A stretch of 64,000 bases of DNA from an uncultured Planctomycetaceae bacterium (GCA_963815195.1 CAWFGE010000011.1:1-64000); one strand, 5' to 3'. Positions 1 to 11,177 are shown, counted from the stretch's first letter. Made by a program: numbers and translations. Notes: generated by a model from the sequence alone, not told the origin.

Positions 1-279
1 CCGCGGCGGGGAGACCTATGCCCGATTGAAATTCGGTTGCGGTCCCGGCCCGAACTGCTGGTGCGTGTGGAAATTGCCTGGGATGTGCCCTTTGCCGGCA
101 CCGACCATGAAACCTGGGATGCGGAATACGACCAGTGCGTCCATCCGCTCGTCCCGCAAAGATTTTTCAGGGAGGAAGATCCCGATGGCACGGATAGAGC
201 CTTTCTCGAAGAACATTCCGAACTGCTGGAGGACTGGCAGTTTTTGGCGGATCACGAACTTCAACATTGGGAGGATTAA
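1..279 (+). CDS. 3' end of a gene, probably a prokaryotic JAB/MPN-like protein (partial, one frameshift near 50)
   Basis: Re-joined [45 protein letters not shown] resembles, from recall, the C-terminus of planctomycete JAB proteins encoded upstream of ThiF genes. The catalytic HxH lies outside the window. Confidence 0.45.
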   Translation, partial: PRRGDLCPIEIRLRSRPELLVRVEIAWDVPFAGTDHETWDAEYDQCVHPLVPQRFFREEDPDGTDRAFLEEHSELLEDWQFLADHELQHWED

Positions 280-287
280 AGATCGCC

Positions 288-930
288 ATGACGCCTTTAG
301 ACTTAAGTGGGCGATTCTCTCGCCAAGCCGATTTGGTGCCCCAGGAAAAACAGACTGAGCGAAGTCATCGGTGTGGGAGCGTGGGCGACAGGTCAATGCA
401 GCGGGAGGGTCGCCATTTGCAGCTTTTCGATTTTGACACGGTGGAGCCGACAAACATCACAACCCAAGGCTATGGATTTGCGGATCTCAACCAGCCCAAG
501 GTCGTGGCCATGCAGGAGGCCATCAACCGGATCGATCCCGAGATTATCGTCACGCCAATTCCCGACCGGTTCCGCGCGAGCTACGAAGCCGGGGAAGTCG
601 TGTTTTGCGCGGTCGACAAGATCGACGCCCGCAAGGCGATCTGGAGAATGGCCGGCAAGCATCGCCGGTTTTGGTCGGACGGCCGGATGCTGGGCGAAAC
701 AATCCGGGTGCTTTCGGCCTCGAACGAGGATGAGCGGAAGCATTACGAGACGACGCTGTTCCCCGCGTCCGAAGCCCAAGCCGGCCGCTGCACGGCCCGG
801 AGCACGATCTACGCGGCGAATATTTGTGCCGCCCTGATGGTCCATCAGTTTTCTCGCTGGCTCCGGGAAACTGCCCCTGGACCGCGATCTCGCCATGAAC
901 CTGTTGGCGAGTGAGATGGTGCTGGCCTGA
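288..930 (+). CDS. ThiF/MoeB/E1-like adenylyltransferase (frameshifted)
   Basis: [15 protein letters not shown] (alternate frame ~364-381), [37 protein letters not shown]-terminus [19 protein letters not shown] in another frame ending at 930. Confidence 0.85.
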
Positions 931-983
931 GTCGCCGGGGACGTATTTGCAGCATCATCTTGTTGCCGTCAATGGACCCTCCA

Positions 984-1250
984 ATGCCCACATTTGAAAT
1001 CGAACAATATGAAATCCACACCCAGACCTATCGCATCGAGGCGAAGACCGTAGCCGAAGCCATCAAGCAATTGATGGACGGAGACGCCGAGGTCATGAAC
1101 AACGGGCTCGAAACGCGGCATCCCAACTGCGAATCCTTGGTTGCCGGGGCGATGACATCCAGACGCCGAGATTTCTCGATCAATGACACATTGTCCAATT
1201 TCGGCCCCAAAGTTGAATCGAAAGGAGCTTGTTTTGAGTTCTGTTTATAA
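984..1250 (+). CDS. Small hypothetical protein (possibly truncated)
   Basis: MPTFEIEQYEIHTQTYRIEAKTVAEAIKQLMDG is protein-like; downstream of and co-oriented with the E1 gene. Confidence 0.45.
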   Translation: MPTFEIEQYEIHTQTYRIEAKTVAEAIKQLMDGDAEVMNNGLETRHPNCESLVAGAMTSRRRDFSINDTLSNFGPKVESKGACFEFCL

Positions 1251-1442
1251 GCGGGCCATTCACCGTTACAGCGTTTGGCTCGGCATTGCCTGTTTGATCA
1301 TTTTGCCGTACATCGGCCCGGGCCGCTTGTCATTTGGCTGCTGACGGTGCTGACGCTCTATGGCTTTCTGCCCATGATTCTGCGTCGCATCATCAGCCGC
1401 GGCTCCAAAAAGAACTGCGGCAATCGACGCCCGCGGTGCTAA
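1234..1442 (+). CDS. Small membrane protein (one frameshift near 1320)
   Basis: AAAGGAG RBS at 1221 then TTG; re-joined YSVWLGIACLIILPYIGP/PLVIWLLTVLTLYGFLPMILRRII gives two hydrophobic stretches. Confidence 0.35.
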
Positions 1443-1511
1443 TCACCTCCCCCGTCGTTTGGCAGCGATGGTTTGAACCCCCATTCCCAAAGCTTTGCGA
1501 GGAGAATTGTC

Positions 1512-1829
1512 ATGGATATCGTCTTTGGAATCGCAATGCTCGCAGCAGCGGGCTACCTCGGATACCAAGCCGGCCTTCAAAAAGCCAAAAACCAGCAAGG
1601 CGGCGTCCGCCCCCATCGCGGCCCGCGGGCGCGGTCGCAATCGGCGATAAGCGACCCGAATAATCGGTTCCATTGGCCCGGTTCTGTTGTGGCCGGGCGG
1701 CCAAACCGCATTCCCCGCCGGCAAACCGTCTTGTTCAATCGAATCTGTCCGCGCACCTTTTGGCGTCTGCTTTCTTCTTTTGCCTGGAGCGCGGGCCGAT
1801 TTCCTTTTGATCCGAGGAACAAACCATGA
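1512..1829 (+). CDS. Small protein with N-terminal transmembrane helix
   Basis: GAGGAG RBS; MDIVFGIAMLAAAGYLGYQAGLQKAK; 3' end uncertain. Confidence 0.4.
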   Translation: MDIVFGIAMLAAAGYLGYQAGLQKAKNQQGGVRPHRGPRARSQSAISDPNNRFHWPGSVVAGRPNRIPRRQTVLFNRICPRTFWRLLSSFAWSAGRFPFDPRNKP

Positions 1830-2464
1830 TCTCCATCCCCTGCCGTGCTCCGACGCGCAGACTCAGCCCGTGACCTTGGATTTGAACGGTTCGGTCATTG
1901 TGCGGGCCGAAGCCGAAGACCAGACGCAGACCGAACTGGTTCTCCGCCGTTCCCGAACGTTGGGAGCGGGGCTTCGGCTGAACACCGACCGTCGCTATCT
2001 GGCCCGGGCCGCCCGTCTGGGTTTTCGCCTGCTTCACTTGGCCGACGGGGAATCGCCCGCGTTCTGCCAGGATGAGCATCGCACGATGGTCTGGGCGGTG
2101 CTGGCAAACTCCGGTGTAATTTCCCCGGCTTCGAAATCGATGAAAACCATTCGCATGGAGTCTCCGCTTGCGGAGGGTTCCGCCGATCCCGACCCCCAGA
2201 AACAGGACTCTCGACCCACGATGACCAAACACCGAAACACCCCGAAGCCCCACGACCAGAACGGGCAAGCCAAGCCCGACGCGAGTGAATCGCTCGGCAT
2301 CGATGCTTTGATCGAACACGCGGAAGCCGTTCAGATTAGCACTGCGGCAGGCCGCGGGCAAAACCCGCGAATTGATTTCGCGGCTCAAACAGCATCGCAA
2401 GCAGTCCAAATCCGTGCAATCGGCCCTGGCGTCTTTACGCCAACTGCAATCGCTGCAGGTTTGA
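1826..2464 (+). pseudogene. Internally deleted/frameshifted island-backbone protein (possibly sliding-clamp-like) with coiled-coil C-terminus
   Basis: GAGGA RBS + MISIP jumps frame into LPCSDAQTQPVTLDLNG...NTDRRYLARAARLGF; tail LRQAAGKTRELISRLKQHRKQSKSVQSALASLRQLQSLQV* after a shift near 2340. Confidence 0.45.
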
Positions 2465-2511
2465 GTTTCGAAGAACTGTGGAGCCCAGGTCGCCCACGAA
2501 ATCCTTCTATC

Positions 2512-2564
2512 AAAACCGTTCCTTCCGGTCGCGCACTGCGCGGCCGGGAGGGGCGGTTTTTTTT
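2512..2564 (+). terminator. Intrinsic terminator
   Basis: ACCGTTCCTTCCGGTCGCGC-ACT-GCGCGGCCGGGAGGGGCGGT stem followed by a T run, downstream of the + strand gene cluster. Confidence 0.75.
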
Positions 2565-2726
2565 AGCATTTGGCGAGATAACGATGTCCTTTGAGGTTAT
2601 GGCCAAAGGAATGGCACGAAATACGCCGCCCACGGAAAAGGAGAAGAAGACGCCATCAGATCCAGTAATCTGTTTCGTGGTTTCGTAGGAGAAGTTCACG
2701 GGGCCTGGACGCCTCACTGACAACCC

Positions 2727-2892
2727 ATGAAACCTACCGTTTTTTTACTCGTAGCTGGACCTCCGCTGGACCCAAGCGGATTTGGAAAACCGTTGCGGCT
2801 TGCATCGCACCTTTATCCGTTCCGTAGAACGCGGAGAGCGAAATGCCTCACATCCTGACCTTCGGCTCATCTCGGCCGCCCTGCGAGTTTGA
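2727..2892 (+). pseudogene. XRE-family helix-turn-helix regulator remnant
   Basis: 2761-2892 reads LRWTQADLENRCGLHRTFIRSVERGERNASHPDLRLISAALRV*; the ATG at 2727 is out of frame. Confidence 0.65.
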
Positions 2893-3443
2893 CGTGACCG
2901 ACCTTTTCACTGCCGACCCGAACGGCTGAGACGCTCATTTCGAAGCGACCCGAACACCGGAAGATCGGGCGGCATTCCATCCACTGTCTCGCCCCCTCCA
3001 ACGGCAACCGCAACGGCAGCAGGGCGAATCCTCCGGCGACCTCGATCATCATAACCACAGCGTCTTTTTGTCGGAGCCCGTAATCACCGGGCCGTCCCGG
3101 TTGGGACTCTCGCAGTATCCTCGGGGTGGGACCGTTCGACGGTTTGTTCAATTCAACACCTACCGTTGTCTCGCATCGTCTGCTGCGTGGTTCGTTCTTG
3201 CCAATCGCGATTTGATATTCAAAGTGACGGCGCAACCGCCGAGGTTACGATCACCTCTGCGCGTTTGAGTGAAACGGAAATTGCGGAGGTTTGTCCAACT
3301 TCAGCAGATTCATGACCAAGCAGATCCGCTGCGGTCCCTACGATCTCGGGAGTGGGAGATGTAGACTCGGACGACACCTGGCGTGATTGTGACCGACGCT
3401 TTTGATCTCCCATCGGGCCTCAATCTCCACGACGTTGCAGAGT

Positions 3444-4805
3444 TCAGTTGAAACCTGTTGAGGCTGGCGATTGGCAACGGTTCATGCGTGCGCCAAAGTC
3501 GCGAAGAAACTCCTCTCGCCAGCGGTTGACTGTCCTCGCACCATGGTGCTCACCCTCAGCGAAATCCGGCTTGGGGTTGTCGGTCCACCAGTGAGGAAAC
3601 CGCGGCGAAGGATCCTTGGCCACCTCCGCTTCGGCGCGACGGCTGTAATCCCGCCCATCTGTCCATCAAGAGCAGATGTGTTGCTGCGAATTGTGAAGCG
3701 GTAGGATGTGGCAGCTTTCGGGCTGAAACGGAAACGGACGATCCCGTCACCAGGTATGTGGCCGATGAGCGCCCGGTTTTCGACGAGAAGTCGGGCTTCT
3801 GGCTTCATTGGATGATCGTTGCCAAGCGGAAGCGAAAGTTCTAGGATGCCGAACAGTTCCATCCGATCGTCCTTCGTCGTGAGCCGATCAAAATGTGCGG
3901 TGGGCCGCTCCCAAGCTCTCACAAACTGCCCACCCCAGCCCGGCTTCGCGGGGTCTTCCGGCGTGCCTTTCAAAAGCCAGGCGACCGACGGCGTGTCCCC
4001 CATCTTGACATCGTCTTTCTTGCTGACAAAGAAATCGCCGAGCGCCCCTGACCTGCGATGTGCTGTTTCACGAATTCCTTATTGCCCCACTCGCCCTTTT
4101 GATTGCCGCCGGTGAACCAACCGCGATAGGTGGAGTTGGCCTCGATGATCCTGAGTTTGGGGTGATGCGTCGCGATGTACTGATAGGCGTCCGGTCCCCA
4201 TTTCTTGTTTGGTCCGCCGATGTAATAGACTCGCAGTTTCGGCAGGATATCGGGAGCGTCGTGTAGGGCTTGAGCCACATCTTCGATGCCGCCCCAGACC
4301 AGAACGTAGAGCGGTCGTGGATCGTTACGCCGCGCACAGGCCACAATCCATTGGGAACCTTCCGTCGAGCGTCGGACGCCGGCATAGGGCGCGGCCTCGG
4401 TTTCACCCTGCTTCGTTATGGTCCGCAACGCATCCTGGCGTTGGATAATTGACGGAATAGGTTTTCAGATTGGGATAATCCTTCTCATAGCAATCGATGA
4501 CGTCCAGAATATGTTTCTTCCGCCCCGGACCAAATGGCGACGAAACAAGCCCCTCGATGTCGAGCACATCCGCATAGACGAGCAAATGCACCATCGACTG
4601 GAAGTCATCCGGATCGGTGCCTCCAATATCGGTCGAGACGATCACGCGATAACGCGCCAGCCAGCGCGCCGCCGTCGAGAGTCGAACTCGTCTCTGGGTC
4701 AACACTTTCGCTTTCTGCCGACCAGGCTTCGATGACTGATTGGCCGGCCAATAACAGCACAAAGACAATCACCCATTTTAAACTGGCGATTTTTTGCATA
4801 TCCAT
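3444..4805 (-). CDS. Secreted DUF1593 (nucleoside hydrolase-like) protein, split by several frameshifts
   Basis: Signal peptide; [42 protein letters not shown]-terminus WWTDNP...[17 protein letters not shown] in an alternate frame. Confidence 0.85.
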
Positions 4806-4840
4806 AGAAAAACTCCTCTTCAGAATCTGATTGAATGAAC

Positions 4841-5139
4841 CTAATCAACCGGGAGCCAAACGGTCATCTCGGGTGACCCGCGATTCGACCAGGCATAGTA
4901 GGGAAGCAGTGACGTTCGGAGGGGAATGCCCTCGGTTTGCTGAAACTTACGATAAAGCTGGCCTTGCCAGTCGGCACGACGCTTCGACGCAAACATTCCC
5001 TTGAGGACCGTGACTCCCTCAAGGAGATCCGCCTCAAAGCGCGGCTCCAGTTTGACATCGGCAGGGATTCGCAGAGGCATCGGCCGCGGACCTCGGTTCG
5101 TCCAGGCCGCGAGAAACGGTGAATCATCATCGTTCCCAT
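4841..5139 (-). pseudogene. GH127-like glycoside hydrolase remnant (C-terminal ~80 aa only)
   Basis: DLLEGVTVLKG...LLPYYAWSNRGSPEMTVWLP is the typical GH127 C-terminus; there is no room for the catalytic domain. Confidence 0.75.
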
Positions 5140-5155
5140 GTCACAAACTCCGGAT

Positions 5156-6133
5156 TCAATCGTTGGACTCACGCATGCGATCGATGGCCACGGCCACAAG
5201 GATCACGCCGCCCTTGACGACTTGTTGCCAGAACGGCGAAACATTCAGCAACACCAATCCGCTGTTGAGCACCCCAATAATCAAGCAGCCGATGACGGTG
5301 CCGAGGATCGTTCCGCGACCCCCTGAAAGTGACGTTCCGCCAATCACGACAGCGGCGATGCTGTCCAGTTCATACCCCATTCCCGCGTTGGGTTGAGCCG
5401 AGTCTAATCGCGAGGTCATCAGCAACCCTGCAACGGCGGATAACGCTCCCGCCAAGGTATAGATGACGATCTTAATGCGATTCACGTTCAGCCCGGACAA
5501 CTTGGCCGTCTGTTCGTTTCCACCGACAGCATAGATGTAACGCCCCAACCGCGTTTTCTTGGTCATCAAAACGAAGATGGCGACCAGGCCGGCAGCAATC
5601 CAGACAGGCGTGGGAACGCCCAACACCGATCGTGTTCCCAGCATCGCGAAGTCGTCGCCCAGGCCGGTGATGGGAAAGCCCTTGGTCCAGAGCATTGTCA
5701 GACCGCGGGCGATACTGAGCATGCCGAGCGTGGCGACGAAGGGGGGAATCCTCACACGAGTGATCATCTGCCCGTTGAACCAGCCCAGAAACATCCCCAC
5801 GAATAATCCAGCAATGATCGCTCCGAATGTCGTGAATTGCAGTTCCACGCCCAGCCAGGGCAGCGGAACCGGGGACTTGATCAGCCCGGCCGTAATCGCG
5901 CCGGCGAGTGCCAGAACCGAACCCACGGACAGGTCGATCCCGCCGGACAAGATCACCAGCGTCATGCCAATCGACAGGCAGACGTTCACGGAAATCTGCC
6001 GCATGATGTTCCAGCCGTTCGCCGGAGTCAGGAAGCGGTCCGACAACAGGCTCATCGCCCCGACCATCAAGACCAAAACGAGCAGCGATTGAAAACGGCT
6101 CGCATGTTGCCAGAATTTTGATTTGTCATGCAT
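5156..6133 (-). CDS. Monosaccharide (ribose-type) ABC transporter permease
   Basis: GGIDLSVGS, IPPFVATLG, GRYIYAVGGNE, GYELDSIAAVVIGG. Confidence 0.95.
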   Translation of the reverse strand: MHDKSKFWQHASRFQSLLVLVLMVGAMSLLSDRFLTPANGWNIMRQISVNVCLSIGMTLVILSGGIDLSVGSVLALAGAITAGLIKSPVPLPWLGVELQFTTFGAIIAGLFVGMFLGWFNGQMITRVRIPPFVATLGMLSIARGLTMLWTKGFPITGLGDDFAMLGTRSVLGVPTPVWIAAGLVAIFVLMTKKTRLGRYIYAVGGNEQTAKLSGLNVNRIKIVIYTLAGALSAVAGLLMTSRLDSAQPNAGMGYELDSIAAVVIGGTSLSGGRGTILGTVIGCLIIGVLNSGLVLLNVSPFWQQVVKGGVILVAVAIDRMRESND

Positions 6134-6169
6134 GGTGGATCATCAGGAAAGTAATTTCAGCCCTTCAAT

Positions 6170-7715
6170 TCAACTCTCGTTCCCAGCCGAGGCCCCAGGC
6201 ACGGCTGCTTCCATCAAGACCATTTCATTCGCAGCGGACCGGTCGAACTCGCCCGTCTTCTTTCCCTCGCACATGACCAGGATGCGATCCGCGATCCCCA
6301 ACAGTTCGGGCAACTCGGAGGAAACAACGACGATCGCCATTCCGTCTTGCTTCAGCCGATCGATCAGGGCATAAATCTCTCGTTTCGCGCTGACGTCGAT
6401 GCCTCGGGTCGGCTCGTCCAACATCAACACGCCTGGCTTTCTGGAAAGCACTTTGGAAAGGACCACCTTCTGCTGATTGCCGCCGCTAAGAGCACCCACA
6501 CGCTGCGCGACGTTCGGGGTCCGAATCGAGAATTGCTCGACAAACGACTGAGCGTGGTTCCGTTCGCGTCGACTGCTCAGCAACCCGCCTGACTCAATCT
6601 CGGAAAGACTCGAAAGGCTGATATTTTGTGCGACGCTCATCCCGAGAATCAGTCCTTGGTGCTTGCGGTCTTCGGGAACAAGTCCCAAGCCGCTGCGAAG
6701 TGCATCCTCTGGCAATTTGATCTCGCAAGGCACGCCGTCGATCGTGACACGTCCCCGTAGTCCTGCTGGGGTGCAAACCAAAGATCGATTCCAACAGTTC
6801 CGTGCGTCCCGCACCCATCAGCCCGAAAATCCCCAACACTTCGCCGCCACGGACGGAAAACGAAACCTGATCAACCAAGGGGCGTCGTGTGTTCTTATGG
6901 GTCAGCGTCAGCGACTCGATGTGCAATTTCACCGGACGGTTGGGCAAAGCGGGTGAATGGACGTAAAGGTCATCGAGTTGGCGGCCAACCATCAGTTGGA
7001 CGATCGCATCCCGATCAGTGTCAGATGTATCCACTGTGTCCACCAGCCGTCCATCACGCAGGACCGTAATGCGGTCACTGATAGCTAGCAGTTCGTCGAG
7101 CTTGTGGGACACGTAAACGATGGAGACGCCAGCATCCCGCAATGACCGGATCAGGCGGAACAGCGAATTCACTTCGTGGTCGCTGATCGCCGAAGTCGGT
7201 TCATCCATGAAGATCACCCGCGCCCTGGAATTGATGGCTTTGGCAATCTCGACGACTTGTTGTTGCCCGACTCGCAGACGATGGACTTCCGTACGAGGAT
7301 CAATCGAATCGTCCAAATCGGCCAAGAGCTTGCGGCATTGCCGGTTCTGGTCCTGTGAGCGAATGAGTCCGAGTTTGGAGACCAACTCGCGTCCAAGAAA
7401 AATGTTCTCCGCAACGGAGAGGTACGGAACAAGATTCAATTCCTGATGCACCAATGCAATGCCGCGGTCCATCGCCTCACGCGGATTGGCAAACTGAACC
7501 GGCTCGCCGTCCAACCGAACCACACCTTCATCGGCACGAGTGGCCCCAGCCAGGATGTGCATCAGCGTCGATTTCCCGGCCCCATTTTCGCCGATTAAGC
7601 CGTGGACTTCCCCAACTCGCACCGTGAAGTCGACTTGATCCAAAGCCAACACGCCGGGATAGCGTTTGACGATTCCCTCCGCTGCTAAGACAACCGGTTC
7701 GGAAGACTGGATCAC
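6170..7715 (-). CDS. Sugar ABC transporter ATP-binding protein (RbsA-like, two ABC domains; frameshift near 6770)
   Basis: GENGAGKST, MDEPTS, GLMGAGRTE, VPEDRK, LSGGNQQK, LDEPTRG; GTG start overlaps the upstream TGA. Confidence 0.93.
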
Positions 7716-8407
7716 GGGGATGGTCCCCCGTTGGAAGCATTGCTTGAACCGGCATCGGCTTTCTCGCTGCTGCGAACTTCCAGGCGAATGGGAATGAGAC
7801 ACAACGGATCGAGGTCGGAATCCCGGCCAACCTTGGTACACCCGACGAAATCCACGACCACGCCCGGCTTTAAGAGCGGCCGATTCGGCTTGATGACTTC
7901 TTCTTCGACGAGGCGATTGAGTTCCGACGAGACCGCGTTGAAATCCTGCGAGTTCGCAAAATCGCTGGCCTTCACACCGATGGCTTCGCGGACCGTGTTG
8001 TCCACAACCACTCCCAGTTCGAGGCAGGCGCGGCGGGAACTGCCAGTAATCGATAAAACACAACGGTTTTTCTCCACCGTTTCCACCGTGCCTTGTCCGC
8101 GGATGCAGAAATACCACGCCCCGCCCAGCCCCGCCTGTCGACCGTACTGGCTTCTGGCCTTGGCTGTGTCCGCATCAAAGGCGTTCCATAGCTGCTTGAT
8201 CTCCGAGCCAGGGTCGCTGGTTCTCAGCGGGCCGTTCCAAACATCGCGCACGTAAACTGCTGGATCAGCGGGACCGGATTTCGGCGTCGCGGATTGGTCC
8301 GGCGAACCTTGGCCCAACGGTCGGATGTGAAAGAGGGGAAAGAGCCAGCAAAGGATGCCGCCGACAATCAGCAACCCGCCCCCCACGAACAACGGCCTGC
8401 GCGACAC
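7712..8407 (-). CDS. DUF2291-family periplasmic protein
   Basis: N-terminal TM; NTVREA...SDFANSQDFNAVSSELN motif; lies between the SBP and the ATPase. Confidence 0.75.
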   Translation of the reverse strand: MSRRPLFVGGGLLIVGGILCWLFPLFHIRPLGQGSPDQSATPKSGPADPAVYVRDVWNGPLRTSDPGSEIKQLWNAFDADTAKARSQYGRQAGLGGAWYFCIRGQGTVETVEKNRCVLSITGSSRRACLELGVVVDNTVREAIGVKASDFANSQDFNAVSSELNRLVEEEVIKPNRPLLKPGVVVDFVGCTKVGRDSDLDPLCLIPIRLEVRSSEKADAGSSNASNGGPSP

Positions 8408-8409
8408 AA

Positions 8410-9367
8410 TTACTCCTTTTTCCCATACGCGGTGAAATCGTCGATGTTCTCTCGGGTTACGAGATCGACATTTACCGGGATCTTTTGAGAGAAATCACGT
8501 TTGTTGGTCGCCAGGTACTCGTGGGCATACTCCGCCGATGTCCGAGCCATCACCTTGGGGTATTGCATCACGGTCGCTGTGATCTTGCTTTCGCTGATCG
8601 ACTTAATCACGTCTTCCGAGCCGTCATAGCCGAAGACTTTCACCTGGTCGGCTTTTCCCGCCGCCAAGAGGGCTTGATACGCTCCCATCGCCATGGCATC
8701 GTTGCCGCAGAAGACGGCATCAATGTCGTCGTGCGATTGGAGGATCGATTCCAGGACCTCCATCGCTTTGTTGCGATCAAAGTCCGCACTCTGTTGGGCG
8801 ACCATCTTCAATCCCTCGTACCGATCGACGACGCTGTGAAAACCTTTCGAGCGGTTCCAGGTATTATTGTCTCCCACCAGCCCCAAGAGTTCCACGTACT
8901 TGCCTTTCTCGCCGACCTTCTCGACGAAGTACTTGCCGAGTTCCACGCAGCCCGAATAGTTATCCGACAAAAGCTGTGCCGTTGCGGCATCGTTCGAATT
9001 GATCTCGCGGTCGATACAAAACACAGGAATCCCTGCTTCCTTGGCACGTTTGACGTTGGCAATCGAGCCATCGGCATCGGTCGGATTGAACAGGATCGCC
9101 GAGTAATCTGCAGCGATGACATTGTCGAAATGATCTGCTTCCTTCGCTGTGTCGTTTTGCGAATCGAATATGGTCGCCTCGTAACCTAGTTCGACAGCCC
9201 GATCGCGAGCTGTCTCACCCAGGACAACGAACCAGGGATTGTTCATTGTGGAGACGATCACAGCAATTCTGGGCTTCTCCGATTTCTCGGCAGGACCCCC
9301 ACCGCATCCTGCCAGCAGGGTGAGCAGGCAGGGCGAGCGTTTTCATTGGAAAGCGGGTTCGATTCAT
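8410..9367 (-). CDS. Sugar ABC substrate-binding lipoprotein (RbsB/apiose-binding-like; frameshift in signal peptide)
   Basis: Lipobox LLAGC after re-joining; [32 protein letters not shown]. Confidence 0.92.
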
Positions 9368-9410
9368 GGGAGTCGCCTCTTTCGCAGGCAGGGGATTGTC
9401 GGCCGTGGTT

Positions 9411-9818
9411 TCAGAAGACCACGCCAGATTTGAGAATGACATTCGCATACGGGGTGCATTCGCCAGTCCGCACAATGACTTCACTCTCTTGAGAGAGCCG
9501 TTTGAACTCGCTATGCGGCACTTCTGTCAAGGCAGGTTTCATTTGATGGCTTTGAAAAACACCCATCATCTCCTCGAAAACTTTCGGGCTTTTCTGGTGG
9601 ATTTCGCTGGCCACCACAATCTCTTCGACCATCATCTCGCTCAACAAGGCATCCAGGGTGCGGACGAACGATGGGTATCCCTGTTCGATGGCCAGGTCGA
9701 TCCGCTTCACTTCAGCAGGAATGGGCAGTCCGGCATCGCACAATGTGATGGACGCCGTATGCCCGATCCGGCTGATCGCGTAGCTCAACTCGCTATTGAG
9801 CAATCGGGTTCGTTTCAT
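9411..9818 (-). CDS. rbsD: D-ribose pyranase
   Basis: LLNSELS..ISRIGHT, CDAGLPIP, IDLAI, PHSEFK, VRTGECTPYANVILKSGVVF. Confidence 0.95.
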   Translation of the reverse strand: MKRTRLLNSELSYAISRIGHTASITLCDAGLPIPAEVKRIDLAIEQGYPSFVRTLDALLSEMMVEEIVVASEIHQKSPKVFEEMMGVFQSHQMKPALTEVPHSEFKRLSQESEVIVRTGECTPYANVILKSGVVF

Positions 9819-9851
9819 CTGTCACCTTCAAAATCGGCATGAAAGATCAGT

Positions 9852-11021
9852 TCACGCTTTGTGGGGCACAACTTCGATTTTGACGCACTCGTCGAATTTT
9901 GTCACGGTGCCGAAACCCTCGACCAACTCATTGAGTCCCATCCGATGCGTAATAAGCGATGGGAAATGGTAGCGATTCGACTGCTGATGTAGGACCTTCA
10001 GCACCGGCCGCCAATTGGTCCCGCAATGAAAGACCGAGTGGATGTGCAGGTTCTTCGAGTTGATGTGTCGCATCACATCGAGCGGAACCGTCTTCCCGAG
10101 ATCGACCCAGTTGCCGACTTCGATCACCGTCCCGCCCTTGCGGACCATCTGCAGGGCTTCCAGGAAGACCTCAGGCTCTCCCGCCGATTCGATCACCAGG
10201 TCCGGGCCGACGCCTTCGGTCAGTTCCTTAGCCCGCTGAATCCGTTCTTCCACGCTCACTTTGGAAGCGTTCATCGTGACGTCTGCGTACAACTTCTTGG
10301 CCGTGTTCAGCCGCAGATCGGACAAGTCCGTGGCAATCGACAATCCTGCTCCCTGAATCCTCGCCATGATGCCGTGTAGGATGCCCAACGGGCCATTGCC
10401 CAGTACCGCCACCGACATCCCCGGACCGAAGCCTTCATTCACTGGGGCGAATGGCACCGCCGCCCGTGCAAGGGCATGATAGGCCACCGCCATTTCCTCG
10501 ACAAAGACGGCGACATCGGTGGACATGTCCTCAGGGATCTTGAACAGATGGGTCCGCGGCCGAATATACATGTACTCTGCGAAACCGCCGCGCAGGTACG
10601 GGGCTGTGTCGGCATTGGGATGCAGCCCATAGGCCTGGAGTTGGTTTTCGCAGGTGGTGTTGTTGTAGTGATTCCGGCAATACCAGCACTCGCCGCAGTT
10701 CACCTCGACCGCAATCGCCACCCGATCACCGGGCTTGAGCGGTTGGCCGTCATAGTCCATCGTCCGGGCGGCGTTGTCCCCGATCTCGACAATCGTCCCT
10801 ATGACTTCATGTCCTCCGATGTAGGGATAGATCGACTTGCCTCGGAGTTGCGTGGCCTCTCCCTTGTAGATGTGCCGGTCCGTCCCACAAATGCCAGTCA
10901 TCTCGACTTTCAGGATCGCCGAGTCGTGATCCATCTCCGGATAAGGATAGGTCCGCATCTCGGTTTTGCCGGGGGCTGTCATGGCGACGGCCCTGACTTT
11001 GGATGGGCTGGAACTGGGCAT
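9852..11021 (-). CDS. Zinc-dependent medium-chain alcohol/polyol dehydrogenase
   Basis: GICGTD, GHE, CGECWYC...C, GNGPLG. Confidence 0.92.
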   Translation of the reverse strand: MPSSSPSKVRAVAMTAPGKTEMRTYPYPEMDHDSAILKVEMTGICGTDRHIYKGEATQLRGKSIYPYIGGHEVIGTIVEIGDNAARTMDYDGQPLKPGDRVAIAVEVNCGECWYCRNHYNNTTCENQLQAYGLHPNADTAPYLRGGFAEYMYIRPRTHLFKIPEDMSTDVAVFVEEMAVAYHALARAAVPFAPVNEGFGPGMSVAVLGNGPLGILHGIMARIQGAGLSIATDLSDLRLNTAKKLYADVTMNASKVSVEERIQRAKELTEGVGPDLVIESAGEPEVFLEALQMVRKGGTVIEVGNWVDLGKTVPLDVMRHINSKNLHIHSVFHCGTNWRPVLKVLHQQSNRYHFPSLITHRMGLNELVEGFGTVTKFDECVKIEVVPHKA

Positions 11022-11177
11022 TCATCTCTCCTGCAGGGAACCTGTTTGATAGAACGGTGGTGGGGGAAACGGAATCGGAATGTGATGTCAACTCTGGAAT
11101 TGTCTCATGTGATACCCGACAAATCTTCCTCTGATTCGACAAAAACTCACGGAATGCTAAGGTGACGGGCAAACGGA

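Noticed and set aside
2900..3440. Short ORFs between the XRE remnant and the DUF1593 gene
   Set aside because: No recognisable motifs, RBS or consistent frame.
6594..8117. 507-aa ORF with a long N-terminal extension on the ABC ATPase
   Set aside because: The extension overlaps the DUF2291 gene; the real start is the GTG at 7715.
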